A stretch of DNA of 64,000 nucleotides from Eledone cirrhosa (taxonomy: Eukaryota): NCBI GenBank assembly GCA_964016885.1, contig OZ024760.1:23374001-23438000 (forward strand), in the 5' to 3' direction. The notes below the pieces were generated by a model. The model had not been told where the DNA came from. It searched no databases and was given only the letters and a program-made list of their open reading frames with translations. Made by a program: the position numbers and the translations under genes. This document shows positions 45,313 to 59,165 of the stretch, piece after piece (position 1 is the first letter of the stretch; every line of letters begins with the position of its first letter).

Positions 45313-45717
45313 TGGATATTCAATTTGTTGGTAATTCAACAAATATAAATGTTTATAACTGATTCAAAGCACTCGACATATTTTTCTGGAGTATAATATT
45401 CAATGATATTAAATAAATGGAAACTATATTTATAAAACCATATTTATTCTATTATATATATTTCAAGGGTACCAAAACTTTGGTACTCTCTCATCAGATA
45501 AAATACAAACTTTGTTTCATAAATATTGACATAAACAGGAATGAGAACTTGAAAATCTTGAACCACCGTTAAGTTCTTCTTCCTGGTTATGTCAATATTT
45601 ATAAAACAAACTTTGTATTTCATCTGATGAGGGCGTACCAAAGATTGGTACCCTAGAAATATATATAATAGAATAAATATGGTTTATAAACTTAGTTTCT
45701 ATTTATTTAATAATCAT
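45313..45717. mobile_element. fold-back pLTR remnant (family A) with two hammerheads
   Basis: Tail 45313-45400; arms ~45403-45548/~45580-45717; motifs at 45446-45504 (-) and 45617-45674 (+). Confidence 0.8.
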
Positions 45718-46479
45718 CGTATATATGTATATATGTATGTATGTAAGTGGCTTCGGAAGCATCCGATGATGTTGACTAGTTCTCTTTTTCGGATAGTATT
45801 TGTGGTGCTCAGAGAGTAAGATTGGTCCAGCGCAAGGCCTTTCCCCATTTTGAAAAATGTTCAAAGCACACGCATTGCTTGTTCAGGTTATGTGTGTGTG
45901 TAGACAAGTGCGATCCACATACATATATATTCTAATTACAATAAGATGATCACGTGCCCCCATTTCTGATTAGATAGCGCTCGGATCTTTTAAACAATAT
46001 ATCGCAACGGCTTTCTAATTAGATAATTTGTACAGCTTCGTAGTTAAAGCACTTAATTGTCATTGGGAAATCAATTAAGTAAATATTTGATTTAATCACT
46101 GTCAACATTACAATTTCAGACAGTTTTCAGATTTTTCTATGGTCGTAATATTTATCCGTTCTTTCGCTATTGATTTATGAAGAAGTCAATGGCTAAAGAT
46201 TTGATAACAAAATGGACTGAAAATCACGAAATCATATCACGAGATCACGGGAAATTTAAGAGGAGTTAATTCTTTTGTTTGTTTTGTTCTTTGTTTTTCT
46301 GTTTTTATTTTTGGTTGTTGTTTCATTTTTTATTTTTTTTTTTTATTTATTATATTGTAGATTTTAGAGGCAGGGCCTGTCGGTTCCGATATGGTCTTCC
46401 AGGACCGGAGATATGGCAGATAGGGAAGTTACACTTGTCACATTTAAGAAGTTGCATATTTGGAAAGATTTTATATATA

Positions 46480-49135
46480 CTTAGAGCATTGCGCTTGTAA
46501 TTGAAAAGTTGTGAGTTCGATTCTCTGACCAGTTGATACGTTGTGTGCTTGAGCAAGACATTTTATTTCACGTTGCTCCAGTTTACTCAGCTGTAGAAAT
46601 GAGTTGCGACGTCACTGGTGCCAAGCTGTATCGACCATTTTCATTCTCTTGGACAACATATGTTTATTTAGCGTATATAGTGTATATATACTGTATATAG
46701 AAAGTATATATAATGTATATGGACATATATATTGTGTATATATATTGTAAATATTGTATGTAGAGAGTATATATAGAGTATGTGGTGCCAAGGTGTATCG
46801 ACCATTTCCATTCTCTTTGACAACATATGTTTATTTAGCGTATATAGTGTATATATATTGTATATAGAAAGTATATATAATGTATATGGACATATATAAT
46901 GTGTATATATATTGTAAATATTGTATGTAGAGAGTATATATAGAGTATGTGGTGCCAAGGTGTATCGACCATTTCCATTCTCTTTGACAACATATGTTTA
47001 TTTAGCGTATATAGTGTATATATATTGTATATAGAAAGTATATATAATGTATATGGACATATATAATGTGTATATATATTGTAAATATTGTATGTAGAGA
47101 GTATATATAGAGTATGTGGTGTCAAGGTGTATCGACCATTTCCATTCTCTTTGACAACATATGTTTATTTAGCGTATATAGTGTATATATATTGTATATA
47201 GAAAGTATATATAATGTATATGGACATATATAATGTGTATATATATTGTAAATATTGTATGTAGAGAGTATATATAGAGTATGTGGTGCCAAGGTGTATC
47301 GACCATTTCCATTCTCTTTGACAACATATGTTTATTTAGCGTATATAGTGTATATATATTGTATATAGAAAGTATATATAATGTATATGGACATATATAT
47401 TGTGTATATATATTGTAAATATTGTATGTAGAGAGTATATATAGAGTATGTGGTGCCAAGGTGTATCGACCATTTCCATTCTCTTTGACAACATATGTTT
47501 ATTTAGCGTATATAGTGTATATATATTGTATATAGAAAGTATATATAATGTATATGGACATATATATTGTGTATATATATTGTAAATATTGTATGTAGAG
47601 AGTATATATAGAGTTTGTGGTGCCAAGGTGTATCGACCATTTCCATTCTCTTGGACAACATATGTTTATTTAGCGTATATAGTGTATATATATTGTATAT
47701 AGAAAGTATATATAATGTATATGGACATATATAATGTGTATATATATTGTAAATATTGTATGTAGAGAGTATATATAGAGTATGTGGTGCCAAGGTGTAT
47801 CTACCATTTCCATTCTCTTTGACAACATATGTTTATTTAGCGTATATAGTGTATATATATTGTATATAGAAAGTATATATAATGTATATGGACATATATA
47901 ATGTGTATATATATTGTAAATATTGTATGTAGAGAGTATATATAGAGTTTGTGGTGCCAAGGTGTATCTACCATTTTCATTCTCTTTGACAACATATGTT
48001 TATTTAGCGTATATAGTGTATATATATTGTATATAGAAAGTATATATAATGTATATGGACATATATAATGTGTATATATATTGTAAATATTGTATGTAGA
48101 GAGTATATATAGAGTATGTGGTGCCAAGGTGTATCGACCATTTCCATTCTCTTTGACAACATATGTTTATTTAGCGTATATAGTGTATATATATTGTATA
48201 TAGAAAGTATATATAATGTATATGGACATATATAATGTGTATATATATTGTAAATATTGTATGTAGAGAGTATATATAGAGTATGTGGTGCCAAGGTGTA
48301 TCGACCATTTCCATTCTCTTTGACAACATATGTTTATTTAGCGTATATAGTGTATATATATTGTATATAGAAAGTATATATAATGTATATGGACATATAT
48401 AATGTGTATATATATTGTAAATATTGTATGTAGAGAGTATATATAGAGTATGTGGTGCCAAGCTGTATCGACCATTTTCATTCTCTTGGACAACATATGT
48501 TTATTTAGCGTATATAGTGTATATATATTGTATATAGAAAGTATATATAATGTATATGGACATATATAATGTGTATATATATTGTAAATATTGTATGTAG
48601 AGAGTATATATAGAGTATGTGGTGCCAAGGTGTATCGACCATTTCCATTCTCTTTGACAACATATGTTTATTTAGCGTATATAGTGTATATATATTGTAT
48701 ATAGAAAGTATATATAATGTATATGGACATATATATTGTGTATATATATTGTAAATATTGTATGTAGAGAGTATATATAGAGTATGTGGTGCCAAGGTGT
48801 ATCGACCATTTCCATTCTCTTTGACAACATATGTTTATTTAGCGTATATAGTGTATATATATTGTATATAGAAAGTATATATAATGTATATGGACATATA
48901 TAATGTGTATATATATTGTAAATATTGTATGTAGAGAGTATATATAGAGTATGTGGTGCCAAGGTGTATCGACCATTGCCTTTCCCTTGGACATCATTGG
49001 GGACGTGTGGAGGGTCGACTGGTATGCATGGGTGACTACTGGTCTTCCACAGACCACTTTGCCCGGAGTGGTGCCTCGGGTGGACACTTTCTAGGTGCAA
49101 ATCACATGGTCACTCGTCACCGAAGGACGTCTTCA
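46480..49135 (+). mobile_element. SINE family 2 split by a tandem array
   Basis: tRNA-like head GTGAGTTCGATTC and TTGAGCAAGACATTTTATTTCAC at 46480-46650; 3' half resumes at ~48978. Confidence 0.8.
46616..48977. repeat. 167-bp satellite, 14 units + partial
   Basis: TGGTGCCAAG recurs from 46616 to 48954 (2338 = 14 x 167); units nearly identical. Confidence 0.97.
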
Positions 49136-49196
49136 ATACAATTATACTCAGCACCGTAGTAGAGTTTAAATACTCATATAATTAACACTTAAATAG

Positions 49197-49575
49197 GGCG
49201 GTGGATTGGCAGTATCGGTAGAGAGTCGGACACCATGCTTTCCAGCATAGTTACGTCCCTTTACGGTCTGACTTCAAATCCCGTCGAGGTTAACTTTGCC
49301 TTTCATCCTTACGGGGTTCGCTAAAATAAAGTACCAGTAATGCACTGGGATAATTGCTGGCCTGTGCCAAGAGTAGAAACAATTATTAACAGTTAAATAA
49401 TTGTTTCTACTTTAGGCACAAGGCCAGCAATCAATTATCCTAGTGCATTACTGGTACTTTATTTTATCCACCCCGTAAGGATGAAAGGCAAAGTTAACAT
49501 CGGCGAGATTTGGACTCACAACGTAAAAGGCTGTAACTCTAAGCTGTAAAGCATGGTGTCCGACCCTCTACCGAT
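49197..49575. mobile_element. tail-to-tail pair of SINE family 1 copies
   Basis: Plus copy 49197-49387, minus copy 49396-49575. Confidence 0.9.
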
Positions 49576-49883
49576 TAGTGCTTGTCACTCTGGAGTTTCG
49601 CCTATTTGTCACAGTGACGTTGTCTGATCACACTGATATATCGTATTCCAACACCTTGCTGTGGTGTGATAATGTTGTTGGAACTGAATGTGTCCTTGGA
49701 AAGATGGCTACTGCGATAGTACGTTGTGTGACCAGTAGTTTTCGTACTAAGAGACCACCCCATAAGGTTTCCTCGCAGGGGAGACCGCTTAGGTTACACA
49801 GTCATTTATATATGTGTTTGTGTATAGATCAATGAAAACTTCTATCTTCTGTTCATTCTGCTACACACACACACACGCACACG

Positions 49884-49919
<36 letters not shown>

Positions 49920-50030
49920 GATATAGATAGGTAAATATACACGGGTGTGTATGATTGTGTATAGAAGATTATATTAATAAGAGGAATTCCAACTTTTGAA
50001 AATTGCAAACTCGACTGTCACCACATATCA

Positions 50031-50069
50031 TGAACCTGAAGATTGCGAAAGCATGAAAGTACTTGTTCA
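50031..50069 (+). ncRNA. minimal type I hammerhead ribozyme inside short fold-back 49973-50189
   Basis: tgaac-CTGAAGA-ttgc-gaaa-gcat-GAAA-gtac-TT-gttca. Confidence 0.75.
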
Positions 50070-50183
50070 ATTAACACTTAGAATTTAATATTCTATCATA
50101 CTATTTCATTATAATACCATTATATATATTTTAAAGGATTGTAAATAAAACGAGTAAATCATACAAAGTTGGAATTCCTCTTA

Positions 50184-50221
<38 letters not shown>

Positions 50222-50222
<1 letters not shown>

Positions 50223-50600
50223 CGTTTCTGAATTTGTTTAGCAAGATTCTTTATCTGAAATCGTGTGTTGAAACCGATATTGTTATACTTTGGGAGGGTC
50301 ATGTTGCCAATAAGAAACACACGCACCAGTTGCGTTCACTTCAATTTAATTTTTTATATATTTATAAATTTACAAATTTATAAATTTCTGGTTGGTTGGT
50401 TGGTTCCACAACCAGATAGTTGTTTATATATATATAGTCATAGTTCTTTCGTCACACACTCTGTGACCTCTTCAGTGACTGGGGATTTCTTTCTTCGTTT
50501 CTGTGCCTTTCCTTTCTTCTATCCTACGCCATTTTCTGGAAATAGAAACAATTATTGCAAGGTATCTATATTCAAGGTTCTTGTTAATTGTTAATGATAC
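50222..50600 (-). mobile_element. pLTR (family C) with hammerhead at 50436-50480
   Basis: agtca-CTGAAGA-g-gtcaca-gagtg-tgtgac-GAAA-gaac-TA-tgact; diverged relatives at ~56970-57110 and ~62190-62460. Confidence 0.7.
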
Positions 50601-51046
50601 CTCCGTAACTATGTCTGTTTACAATCTTTACAAATAATACCCTTTAATTGTTTGATGCTTAATTTTATATATATATATATAGGTCATTCGATTTTGATTT
50701 TATGTTATTAAATGATCGTATTTATTACTTGGAATCTTTGAGCGCATGCTTCTAATATTCTCAATCATGGCATCTTTAATCTAATTTTGGTAGTACATAT
50801 ACAATGTGTGCTTCAAATATTACGTAGCTGGTGAAATAAATAAAACATACAGACATTCATGTTTCTTCCACCAGAATGTGGTATGATGTGGTTAGTTAAG
50901 GAACGGATTTAAGTACATCAATGGAAAACACGAAGACGCTGGATTCCAATAACTTCTTTTAATGTTGCATGTAACACTATAGGATGTTATTGGAATGCAG
51001 CATTCTCATCTTTTACATTGAAGTATATATATCTATATATATTTTT

Positions 51047-51085
<39 letters not shown>

Positions 51086-51558
51086 TATTTATATATGCAT
51101 ATATATATATGCATATATATATATAAATATATATACGCATATATATATATATATATATATGCATATATATATGTATACGCATATATATATATATATGCAT
51201 ATATATATATATATATGCATATATATATGTACATATATATCTATATATCTATATGCACATATATATGCATATGCATATATATATGCATATATATCTATAT
51301 ATCTATATGCATATATATCTATATATATGCATATATATGCATATATATATATATGTGCATATATATCTATATATCTATATGCACATATATATACATATGC
51401 ATATATATATATGCATATATATCTATATATGTATATGCATATATATATGCATATATATCTATATATATATATGCATATATATATATATATATGTGTATAT
51501 ATGTATCTATATATTATGAATATATATGCATATCTATCTATCTATCCATCTAAATATA

Positions 51559-51664
<106 letters not shown>

Positions 51665-51681
51665 AGAGAGAGAAAGAGCGA

Positions 51682-51721
<40 letters not shown>

Positions 51722-51761
51722 AGAGAGAGAAAGAGCGATGTATATATATATATATATACAG

Positions 51762-51789
<28 letters not shown>

Positions 51790-51792
<3 letters not shown>

Positions 51793-51977
51793 GGAAAAAG
51801 TATGACACCGACGGCAGAGCTCAAGTCGTTTCGACGGCTATTTCTGGAAATAGCCGTCGAAACGGCTTGAGCTCTGCCGTCGGGGTTATTACTTTTTCCT
51901 ATTTCCCACTTTACTACCCTAAGTATTGAGTAATCTGGTGCGTTATGGTCCATCTAGTTCCTAACCACAATTCCTTT

Positions 51978-51980
<3 letters not shown>
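51790..51980. mobile_element. family B hairpin element
   Basis: Near-perfect ~55-bp-arm palindrome centred on TTTCTGGAAA plus tail. Confidence 0.85.
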
Positions 51981-52010
<30 letters not shown>

Positions 52011-52138
52011 GTAGGAGGTGAGTTTTATTGTAGTACAATAAAGCAATGCAGATATCGGATAAGTAGCACTCTACAGTTCGTAGGACTGGAGTATAAATAA
52101 TAATATATAAGATGAAAGATGGTTAAAAGAGTTCCATG

Positions 52139-52209
52139 TATTTTATTATGCGCATTTCAAAAACAAATATCATCATGCAATAACATTTGCGTTTTCGTCA
52201 GATAAAATA
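52139..52209 (-). ncRNA. type I hammerhead ribozyme (family A-like, long stem II)
   Basis: tattttat-CTGACGA-aaacgcaaatgttat..gatatttgttttt-GAAA-tgcgca-TA-ataaaata. Confidence 0.75.
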
Positions 52210-52219
52210 GGGAGACATG

Positions 52220-52250
<31 letters not shown>

Positions 52251-52595
52251 GGCAGGAATGCTAGAAGACTGAATGCCTGAATGGTAACGGTGGAGGATGT
52301 GAGACCAGTTAGCGACGAGGCGCTGATACAATTTTCAAATTTTGATAACTGCTGGAAATGTCAACAGATGAAGAAAAACACCACATCTGTTCTCTAAAGC
52401 TTTGAGAGTTTCTCCGAGTGGCTTTATAACCGTTAGATAATTGGTCTTTTTATGGAAGGGGTCAATAATGAGAAAGACATACGGTAGACGTACTCGACTG
52501 TGTGCTTTACTTGACATGTGTAGAGGGTGAATATTCGGGTATTATATTAGGGTATTGAGCTGGACAAGTGGATTTGATGTGTCACTAGCTATGTT

Positions 52596-53212
52596 ATTAA
52601 TTGTTTCTATTTTAGGCACAAGGCCAGCAAATTACCCAGTGCATTACTGGTATATAATGTATCGACCCTGTAAGGATGAAAGGCAAAGTTAACCTCGGCG
52701 GGATTGGAACTCAGAATGGCAAGGGCCGTAACTCTATACGTCAAAGCATGGTGTCCGAGCCTCTACCAATACTGCCAATCCACTGCCCTACCTATATTAT
52801 TAATGATGTAAAGGGGCGGTGGATTGGCAGTATCGGTAGAGAGTCGGACACCATGCTTTCCAGCATAGTTACGTCCCTTTACGATCTGAGTTCAAATCCC
52901 GCCGAGGTTAACTTTGCCTTTCATCCTTACGGGGTCGATAAAATAAAGTACCAGTAATGTACTGGGTATTTGCTGGCCTTGTGCCAAAAGTAGAAACAAT
53001 TATTAATGATGTAAAGGGGCGTTGGATTGGCAGTATCGGTGGAGGGTCGGACGCCATGCTTTCCAGCATAGTTACTACCCTTTACGTTCTGTTCAAATCC
53101 CGCCGAGGTTTGCTTTGCCTTTCATCCTTACGGGGTCGATAAAATAAAGTACCAGTAATGCACTGGGTAATTGCTGGCCTTGTGCCTAAAGTAGAAACAA
53201 TTATTAATGATG
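52596..53212. mobile_element. three SINE family 1 copies: one minus, then two tandem plus
   Basis: 52596-52788 (-), 52814-53004 (+), 53016-53205 (+); TATTAATGATGTAAA occurs three times. Confidence 0.9.
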
Positions 53213-53353
53213 TAAATTCGTCATGAGATATCCACTCTATTCTGGTATCTAGTGATTGTGTCTGTTTGTGTGTGTGTAGGGAGTATTAATTGTCATATGT
53301 ATTTCTCTGACTATGTATTACTTTGCCCAAATTCTTTACTTTGCAGAGGCAGT

Positions 53354-53387
<34 letters not shown>

Positions 53388-53548
53388 GTAGAATAATCGA
53401 GTATCGAAAAATCGGCGCACGACTTCACGATAAACAAAATTCGAAATGAGCGGCAGAGGGCTCAATAATTCAGATACATCAGAGCTATAACTATCGTTAA
53501 AATACTGTCACACATAGAACAAGTCCAAAATCAATATATATATATATA

Positions 53549-53832
53549 CTCAGAGCTGTATGGGAGCATCCCAAAAGTCAGCTCAAAAGTGACACAGAGA
53601 AGACTGAGGTTGGCTGGACATGCTCACCGGCATCCAGAGTTGACATTGCACTCAGTGCTCCTTTGGGAGCCCCTACATGGACACACTAGAAGAGGAAGAC
53701 CAAGGTTAACATATGTTGATGCCCTAAGGACAGACACTGGTCTGTTGGAGATGCAGGATATGGCAGCGATAATGAGGGACAGAGACCGCTGGAGAGAACT
53801 CGTCCATGGATCTCGGGAATTTTACCCGCCTT

Positions 53833-53834
<2 letters not shown>
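53549..53834 (+). mobile_element. young RTE LINE 3' end with open reading frame
   Basis: ELYGSIPKVSSKVTQRRLRLAGHAHRHPE..LLWEP.HG.TRRGRPRLTYVD..DRDRWR; 5' truncated, in (TA)n. Confidence 0.9.
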
Positions 53835-53902
<68 letters not shown>

Positions 53903-53903
53903 A

Positions 53904-54098
53904 TAACGAGGGAAGTGTAGTAAGGAACCAGATGGACCATAACGCACCAGAGTACTCAATACTTAGGGGTAGTAGAGTGGGAAATAGGAAAAAGTATGAC
54001 CCCGACGACAGAGATCAAGCCGTTTCGACGGCTATATCTGAGTCCAGAAATAGCCGTCGAAACGACTTCAGCTCTGCCGTCATGGTCATACTTTTTCC

Positions 54099-54101
<3 letters not shown>
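53904..54101. mobile_element. family B hairpin element
   Basis: Tail plus palindrome in (TA)n. Confidence 0.85.
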
Positions 54102-54149
<48 letters not shown>

Positions 54150-54220
54150 TAAAATAAGAGATTAAATCTGTACCTTTTCTTCCTAGATACTTCTCAATTA
54201 TCATTATTACTCAGCACAAT

Positions 54221-54411
54221 GGCGGCGAATTGGCAGTATTGGGAGAGGGTCGGACGCCATGCTTTGACGTATAGAGTTACGGCCATTGCCATTCTGAGTT
54301 CAAATCCCGCCGAGGTTAACTTTGCCTTTCATCCTTACGGGGTCGATAAAATAAAGTACCAGTAATGCACTGGTTAATTGCTGGCCTTGTGCCTAACGTA
54401 GAAACAATTAT
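54221..54411 (+). mobile_element. full-length SINE family 1 with TSD TTATTACTCAGCACAAT
   Basis: Direct repeat on both flanks. Confidence 0.92.
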
Positions 54412-55079
54412 TACTCAGCACAATATATTCTTACTTTATATCACCTTGAAAAAATCCTTCGTAAACAAACATTTTTTTGACGTTAGATTATTCATCCTCA
54501 ATTCATTATTTTTTTCTCCCTTTCATGCTCAACTAACTTCTACATATTACACTTATTCATCCACTCTTCTACTTCTTTCACAATATATCCTTAATTACAT
54601 TACTATTGCTATATTTTTATATTTTTTAATAATGCATATCAACAATTTTTTTCCATCGCACATATTATTAAACCCTTAAATATTATTCTTAATACATATT
54701 AACAATATCTTTTCATCGCACATATTATTAAACCCTTAAATATACAAACCTTAATTTAACATTATTCTAAAATTTTTCTCTTCGTTAATTTTCAAATTGT
54801 TTTAATTTATATATCATCTTCCAACGGTTTTTCAACTTCTCTATGTAAAACAATATATTTTTCTCAGTTATAAAAGCTATCTCTATCTCTCTATCACCCA
54901 TCTTTTGATCTTATATATTATTTATACTCCAGTCCTACAAACTGTAGAGTGCTACTTATCCGATATCTGCATTGCTTTATTGTACTACAATAAAACTCAC
55001 CTCCTACATATATATATATATATATATATTATTATGCATATACTTATATATACGTGTATGCGCCTACATACATACGTAC

Positions 55080-55130
<51 letters not shown>

Positions 55131-55510
55131 TACATACATGGTAGCATGCTTTAGCTGGGTATGTGGCATGTTAAAAGTATGTCGGGTTTGTTTGCATCAA
55201 TGTTGGAATATTTGAATATACGAATAAACCAGAATCTTTTCACAGAATACAGCAGCATTTGCAATAGATGTTTGTTTGGTCATACCACTGTGCGCATGCC
55301 TGTGAATGTTGTGTGTAAATGTATATACATGTCTGTGTTTAGAGTGTGTGGAGTGTATGGTATATGTGTGCTATGCTGTTTTTAACTATTCATTTCAAAA
55401 GCCATCATGTAAGATGACTTTATCGTCTCATCTGTCTTTCATCTATTGACCGTGTTATTGCTGTAGATAAACGTATAAAGATGTTATCAATATATATATA
55501 TATATACTCG

Positions 55511-55554
<44 letters not shown>

Positions 55555-56129
55555 CTCTCTCTCTCTCGCGTGCTCTCTCTCTCTCTCGGGCTCTCTCTAG
55601 CGCTCTCGGGCTCTCTCTCTCGCGCTCTCGGGCTCTCTCTCGCGCGCTCTCGGGCTCTCTCTCTCTCTCGTGCTCTAGTGCTCTCTCTCTCTCTCGCGCT
55701 CTCGTTCTCTCTCTCTCGTGCTCTCTCTCGTGCTCTCTCTCGCCCTCGCTCTCGCGCTCTCGTGCTCTCTCTTTCGCGCTCTCTCTCTCGCGCTCTCTCC
55801 CTCTCTATCTCACTATATCTCTCCCCACCTCTATCTCAATCTCTCTCTCTACAGTACATTAGAAGAAGTGTACTGCCTGTATTGGACTGTTGATTATTGA
55901 TGTCGCTCGCTTTGATAGCGATGGTGTTGTTGTTGTTGTTATTGGTGGTAGCTGAGGTAATAGTGTTGATGTTATTGATTGTAGTAGTGGTACTGGTAGT
56001 GGTGTGAAGGTGTTGTTGTTGTTACTATGATCGTTGTGGTGATGGTATTGTCATTGTTATTGGCGTTTGGGGTGATGGTACTGGTGGGGGTGATGGTACT
56101 GGTGGGGGTGATGGTAATGGTGGGGGTGA

Positions 56130-56305
56130 TTGTGTTTAAACCCACACCTATTGCTGGTACTTATCTTCAGGTCACAATGCTGGAACAACATGAAATAAAG
56201 AAAGTGTTTTGCTCAAGAATACATCAAACAACAATACAATCCAGGAATCGAACACAAGATATTTTAATCATAAGTTCAACATCCTTACCACTAGACTACG
56301 CGCTT
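56130..56305 (-). mobile_element. old tRNA-headed SINE (family 2-like head)
   Basis: Minus strand GTGTTCGATTCCTGG..CTTGAGCAAAACAC. Confidence 0.55.
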
Positions 56306-56354
56306 TTAAATTACTTGTGCCTTAGTACCGCGTTTCTTTCGTACAATACTTTAT

Positions 56355-56403
<49 letters not shown>

Positions 56404-56407
<4 letters not shown>

Positions 56408-56750
56408 ATTCTCAGGAAAATGGTAAAACCAGGCGTATGGAAGCTGTTAGAGTGTCAAAGTACCGTCGAAGCGGGGTTGGACAGAGATTAGCGACTAGAT
56501 GTGAGTTGACTCGAAGGAAGGAAGAGAAGATAAGAAGGAGGAAAAAGAATGGGGATGTTTCTGACCTGTTCGCTTTCATCCATTCTTTTTTCCCTCCATT
56601 CTATCTTCTCTTCCGTCATTCGATTCAACTCACATCTAACCACTGATCTCTGTCCTTCGAGATAATATTTGACCCAAGCCCGATTCGACGCTATTTTGCT
56701 TTTCTAACAGCTTCCATACGCCGGGTTTTACCATTTTCCTGAGAATCCTA
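56404..56750. repeat. ~350-bp imperfect fold-back
   Basis: TAGGATTCTCAGGAAAATGGTAAAACC... / ...GGTTTTACCATTTTCCTGAGAATCCTA, pairing continues toward the centre. Confidence 0.8.
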
Positions 56751-57210
56751 ATATACCAGCGTCTCAAAAGTCTATTTTCGAGTTGATTTGTTTATATATC
56801 TATAGATTTTAGCCAGCTCGTTAAGTCTTCATATCAAAAACCCTTTTGTTTGTGGAATTTACCTCTAAAATCCAAATAGCACATACAGCTTAGCAGCCAT
56901 TTTTAGTAACTCTCAAACAATGAATATGTATTCAGGCTTATGTATATGTTCAGCAGGAACGTTAATTTGATATCGAGCGTTGAAACCGATATTAATTTAT
57001 TTGGGGGATGGTCAGATTACCAATCGAACACACGTACCCTATAACTTACGCTTTATATTTTATTCTTCCATCACAGCTCATTCATCACACCAATCTGTAA
57101 CCCCCTCAATGCATATCGATTGTTTTTTATTTGTATAAATATATATATATATATACTACCTTGATTAAATCTTAACCATCTACCATGTTAGTGTATGTCA
57201 TGTATCATTT

Positions 57211-57277
57211 TATTTTATCTGATGAGGACGTACTTTTGAACTTAACTCAGTACCTCTGAAATATGTATAATAAAATA
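57211..57277 (+). ncRNA. type I hammerhead ribozyme (family A)
   Basis: tattttat-CTGATGA-ggacgtact..agtacctct-GAAA-tatgta-TA-ataaaata. Confidence 0.7.
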
Positions 57278-57320
57278 TAATTGATCACAAGAATATCTAT
57301 GTTGTTAATATTTGGAATTA

Positions 57321-57351
<31 letters not shown>

Positions 57352-58570
57352 AATATATATATACATACATACATGCATGCATGCATGCATGCATGTATGT
57401 ATGTATGTATGTATGTATATATATATATATGTGTATGTATGTATACATATATGTACATATTTATATATATATATATCGTGTTCAATCACTATAACTCTAT
57501 AACTCTTTCTCTCTCTCTAACTCTCTTTCTGTATCTCTCTAACTCTCTTTCTGTATCTCTCTAACTCTCTTTCTGTCTCTCTCTCTCTCCCTTCCCATCT
57601 CGTTATCTCCCCCTTCCCCCCTCTTCCCCCTCTCTCTCCCTCTCTCTCTATCTGTCTAAGATACCTCACTATATATCTCTCCAGCCCCTTCATTAGCTTC
57701 AAGTTCTCTCTCAATCTCTCTCAATCTCTCTCAATCTCTCACTATCTCTCACAATCTCTCACAATCTCTCACTATCTCTTTCCCCCCCTCTCTCTCACTC
57801 GCTCTTTGCTCTACCTCACTATATATCTCTCCAGCCACTCTCTTCCATTTCTATTTCGTTGTGACGTTATCAAATAAAACCAGAATAAGATGGAATCGGC
57901 CGCGTCAAGATCTGGAGAGGGTCTGGGGAAGACAAGATCTTGCAAAGAACCTCAAGACACTCGCTACGTTGTTACGGCGACACAACGATTCTATCAGGAA
58001 TCACAGGCGCATACACACAGATATATACACACACACATAATATATACACACACATACATACACACATACATAACTTATATTTACACATACATACTATATT
58101 TAATATAGATAGCATGTATACATACGTACCACACATACATACATACATACATATGATACACACATACATAACACATATACATACATACATACATCCACAC
58201 ATACATACATCCATGCACACATACATACATAAATTCATACATACACATATACGTAACATACATAACATAATAACATACATACATACATATATACATACAT
58301 ACATAAAATACATATCATACACAACATACATACATACACACATACATAACACACATACATACAAATCACACATATCATACACACATATATACATACACAC
58401 ATACATAACATATCTAACATGCACACATACACACACACATATATAGCATACATAACATACAAACATACAAACATACATAACATACAAACGCACATACATA
58501 ACATACCTAACATACATAATATAACATACATACATATATACATGCACACATACATATATACATACCTACA

Positions 58571-59165
58571 TGATGGCCGCCCCCTCGTTATCGAGTATGG
58601 GCATTGCACGATATACCATTATTTATAATTTTGGCAGCATCGGTAGAGGGTCTGACGCCATGCGTTGCAGCAAAGTGTTACGGCCCTTTAGGGTCTGAGT
58701 TCAAATCCCACCGAGTTTAACTTTGCCTTTCATCCTCACGGGGTCGATAAAATAAAGTACCAGTAATGTACTAGGATAAAGTACTAGGATAAAGTACCAG
58801 TAATGTACTAGGATAATTGCTGGCCTTGTACCAAAAGTAGAAACAATTAATTAATTCTATCGTGCAATGCCTGTGCGTGAAGATATTTTTTTTTAAAGTG
58901 AGTAAAGACTGTGCACTGAGCCAATCCCACTCTCTGAGCGACACTAGCTATTACCAGAAAAGAAGAAAAGATCAACATCATCGGTAACTACTGAGCCGCA
59001 GGTTTTATATCGGAGTTATCTCAGTTTCCTGAGCTGCCTTCTCCTAGAAGAATGCCCTGTCAAAGGCTAGGGGTCGTTCACCCCCAGTGGTTTAACCGCG
59101 CGATCGGGTGGCCAGCCCGACTATTTCCATGTCCCCGCGCACATACATACACATGCACCCATGTA
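58571..59165 (-). mobile_element. second copy of the 31345-31720 element, interrupted by SINE family 1 (58632-58850, +)
   Basis: Collinear homology on both sides of the SINE. Confidence 0.7.

Larger units (their letters stand above)
52008..55010. repeat. ~110-bp inverted repeat pair 3 kb apart (52008-52122 / 54898-55010)
   Basis: TGTAGGAGGTGAGTTTTATTGTAG... versus ...CTACAATAAAACTCACCTCCTACA. Confidence 0.8.

Noticed and set aside
46616-48977. CRISPR-like repeat/spacer appearance
   Set aside because: The 'spacers' are identical, there are no cas genes and the context is eukaryotic; it is a tandem satellite
52255-52560. Possible CR1/L2-type LINE 3' fragment
   Set aside because: Resemblance too weak to support by eye
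52814-52900. tRNA genes at A/B-box motifs
   Set aside because: These are SINE heads; no complete cloverleaf
53440-53495. CTGATG-containing segment on the minus strand
   Set aside because: Core incomplete and no stem II; cannot be folded as a hammerhead
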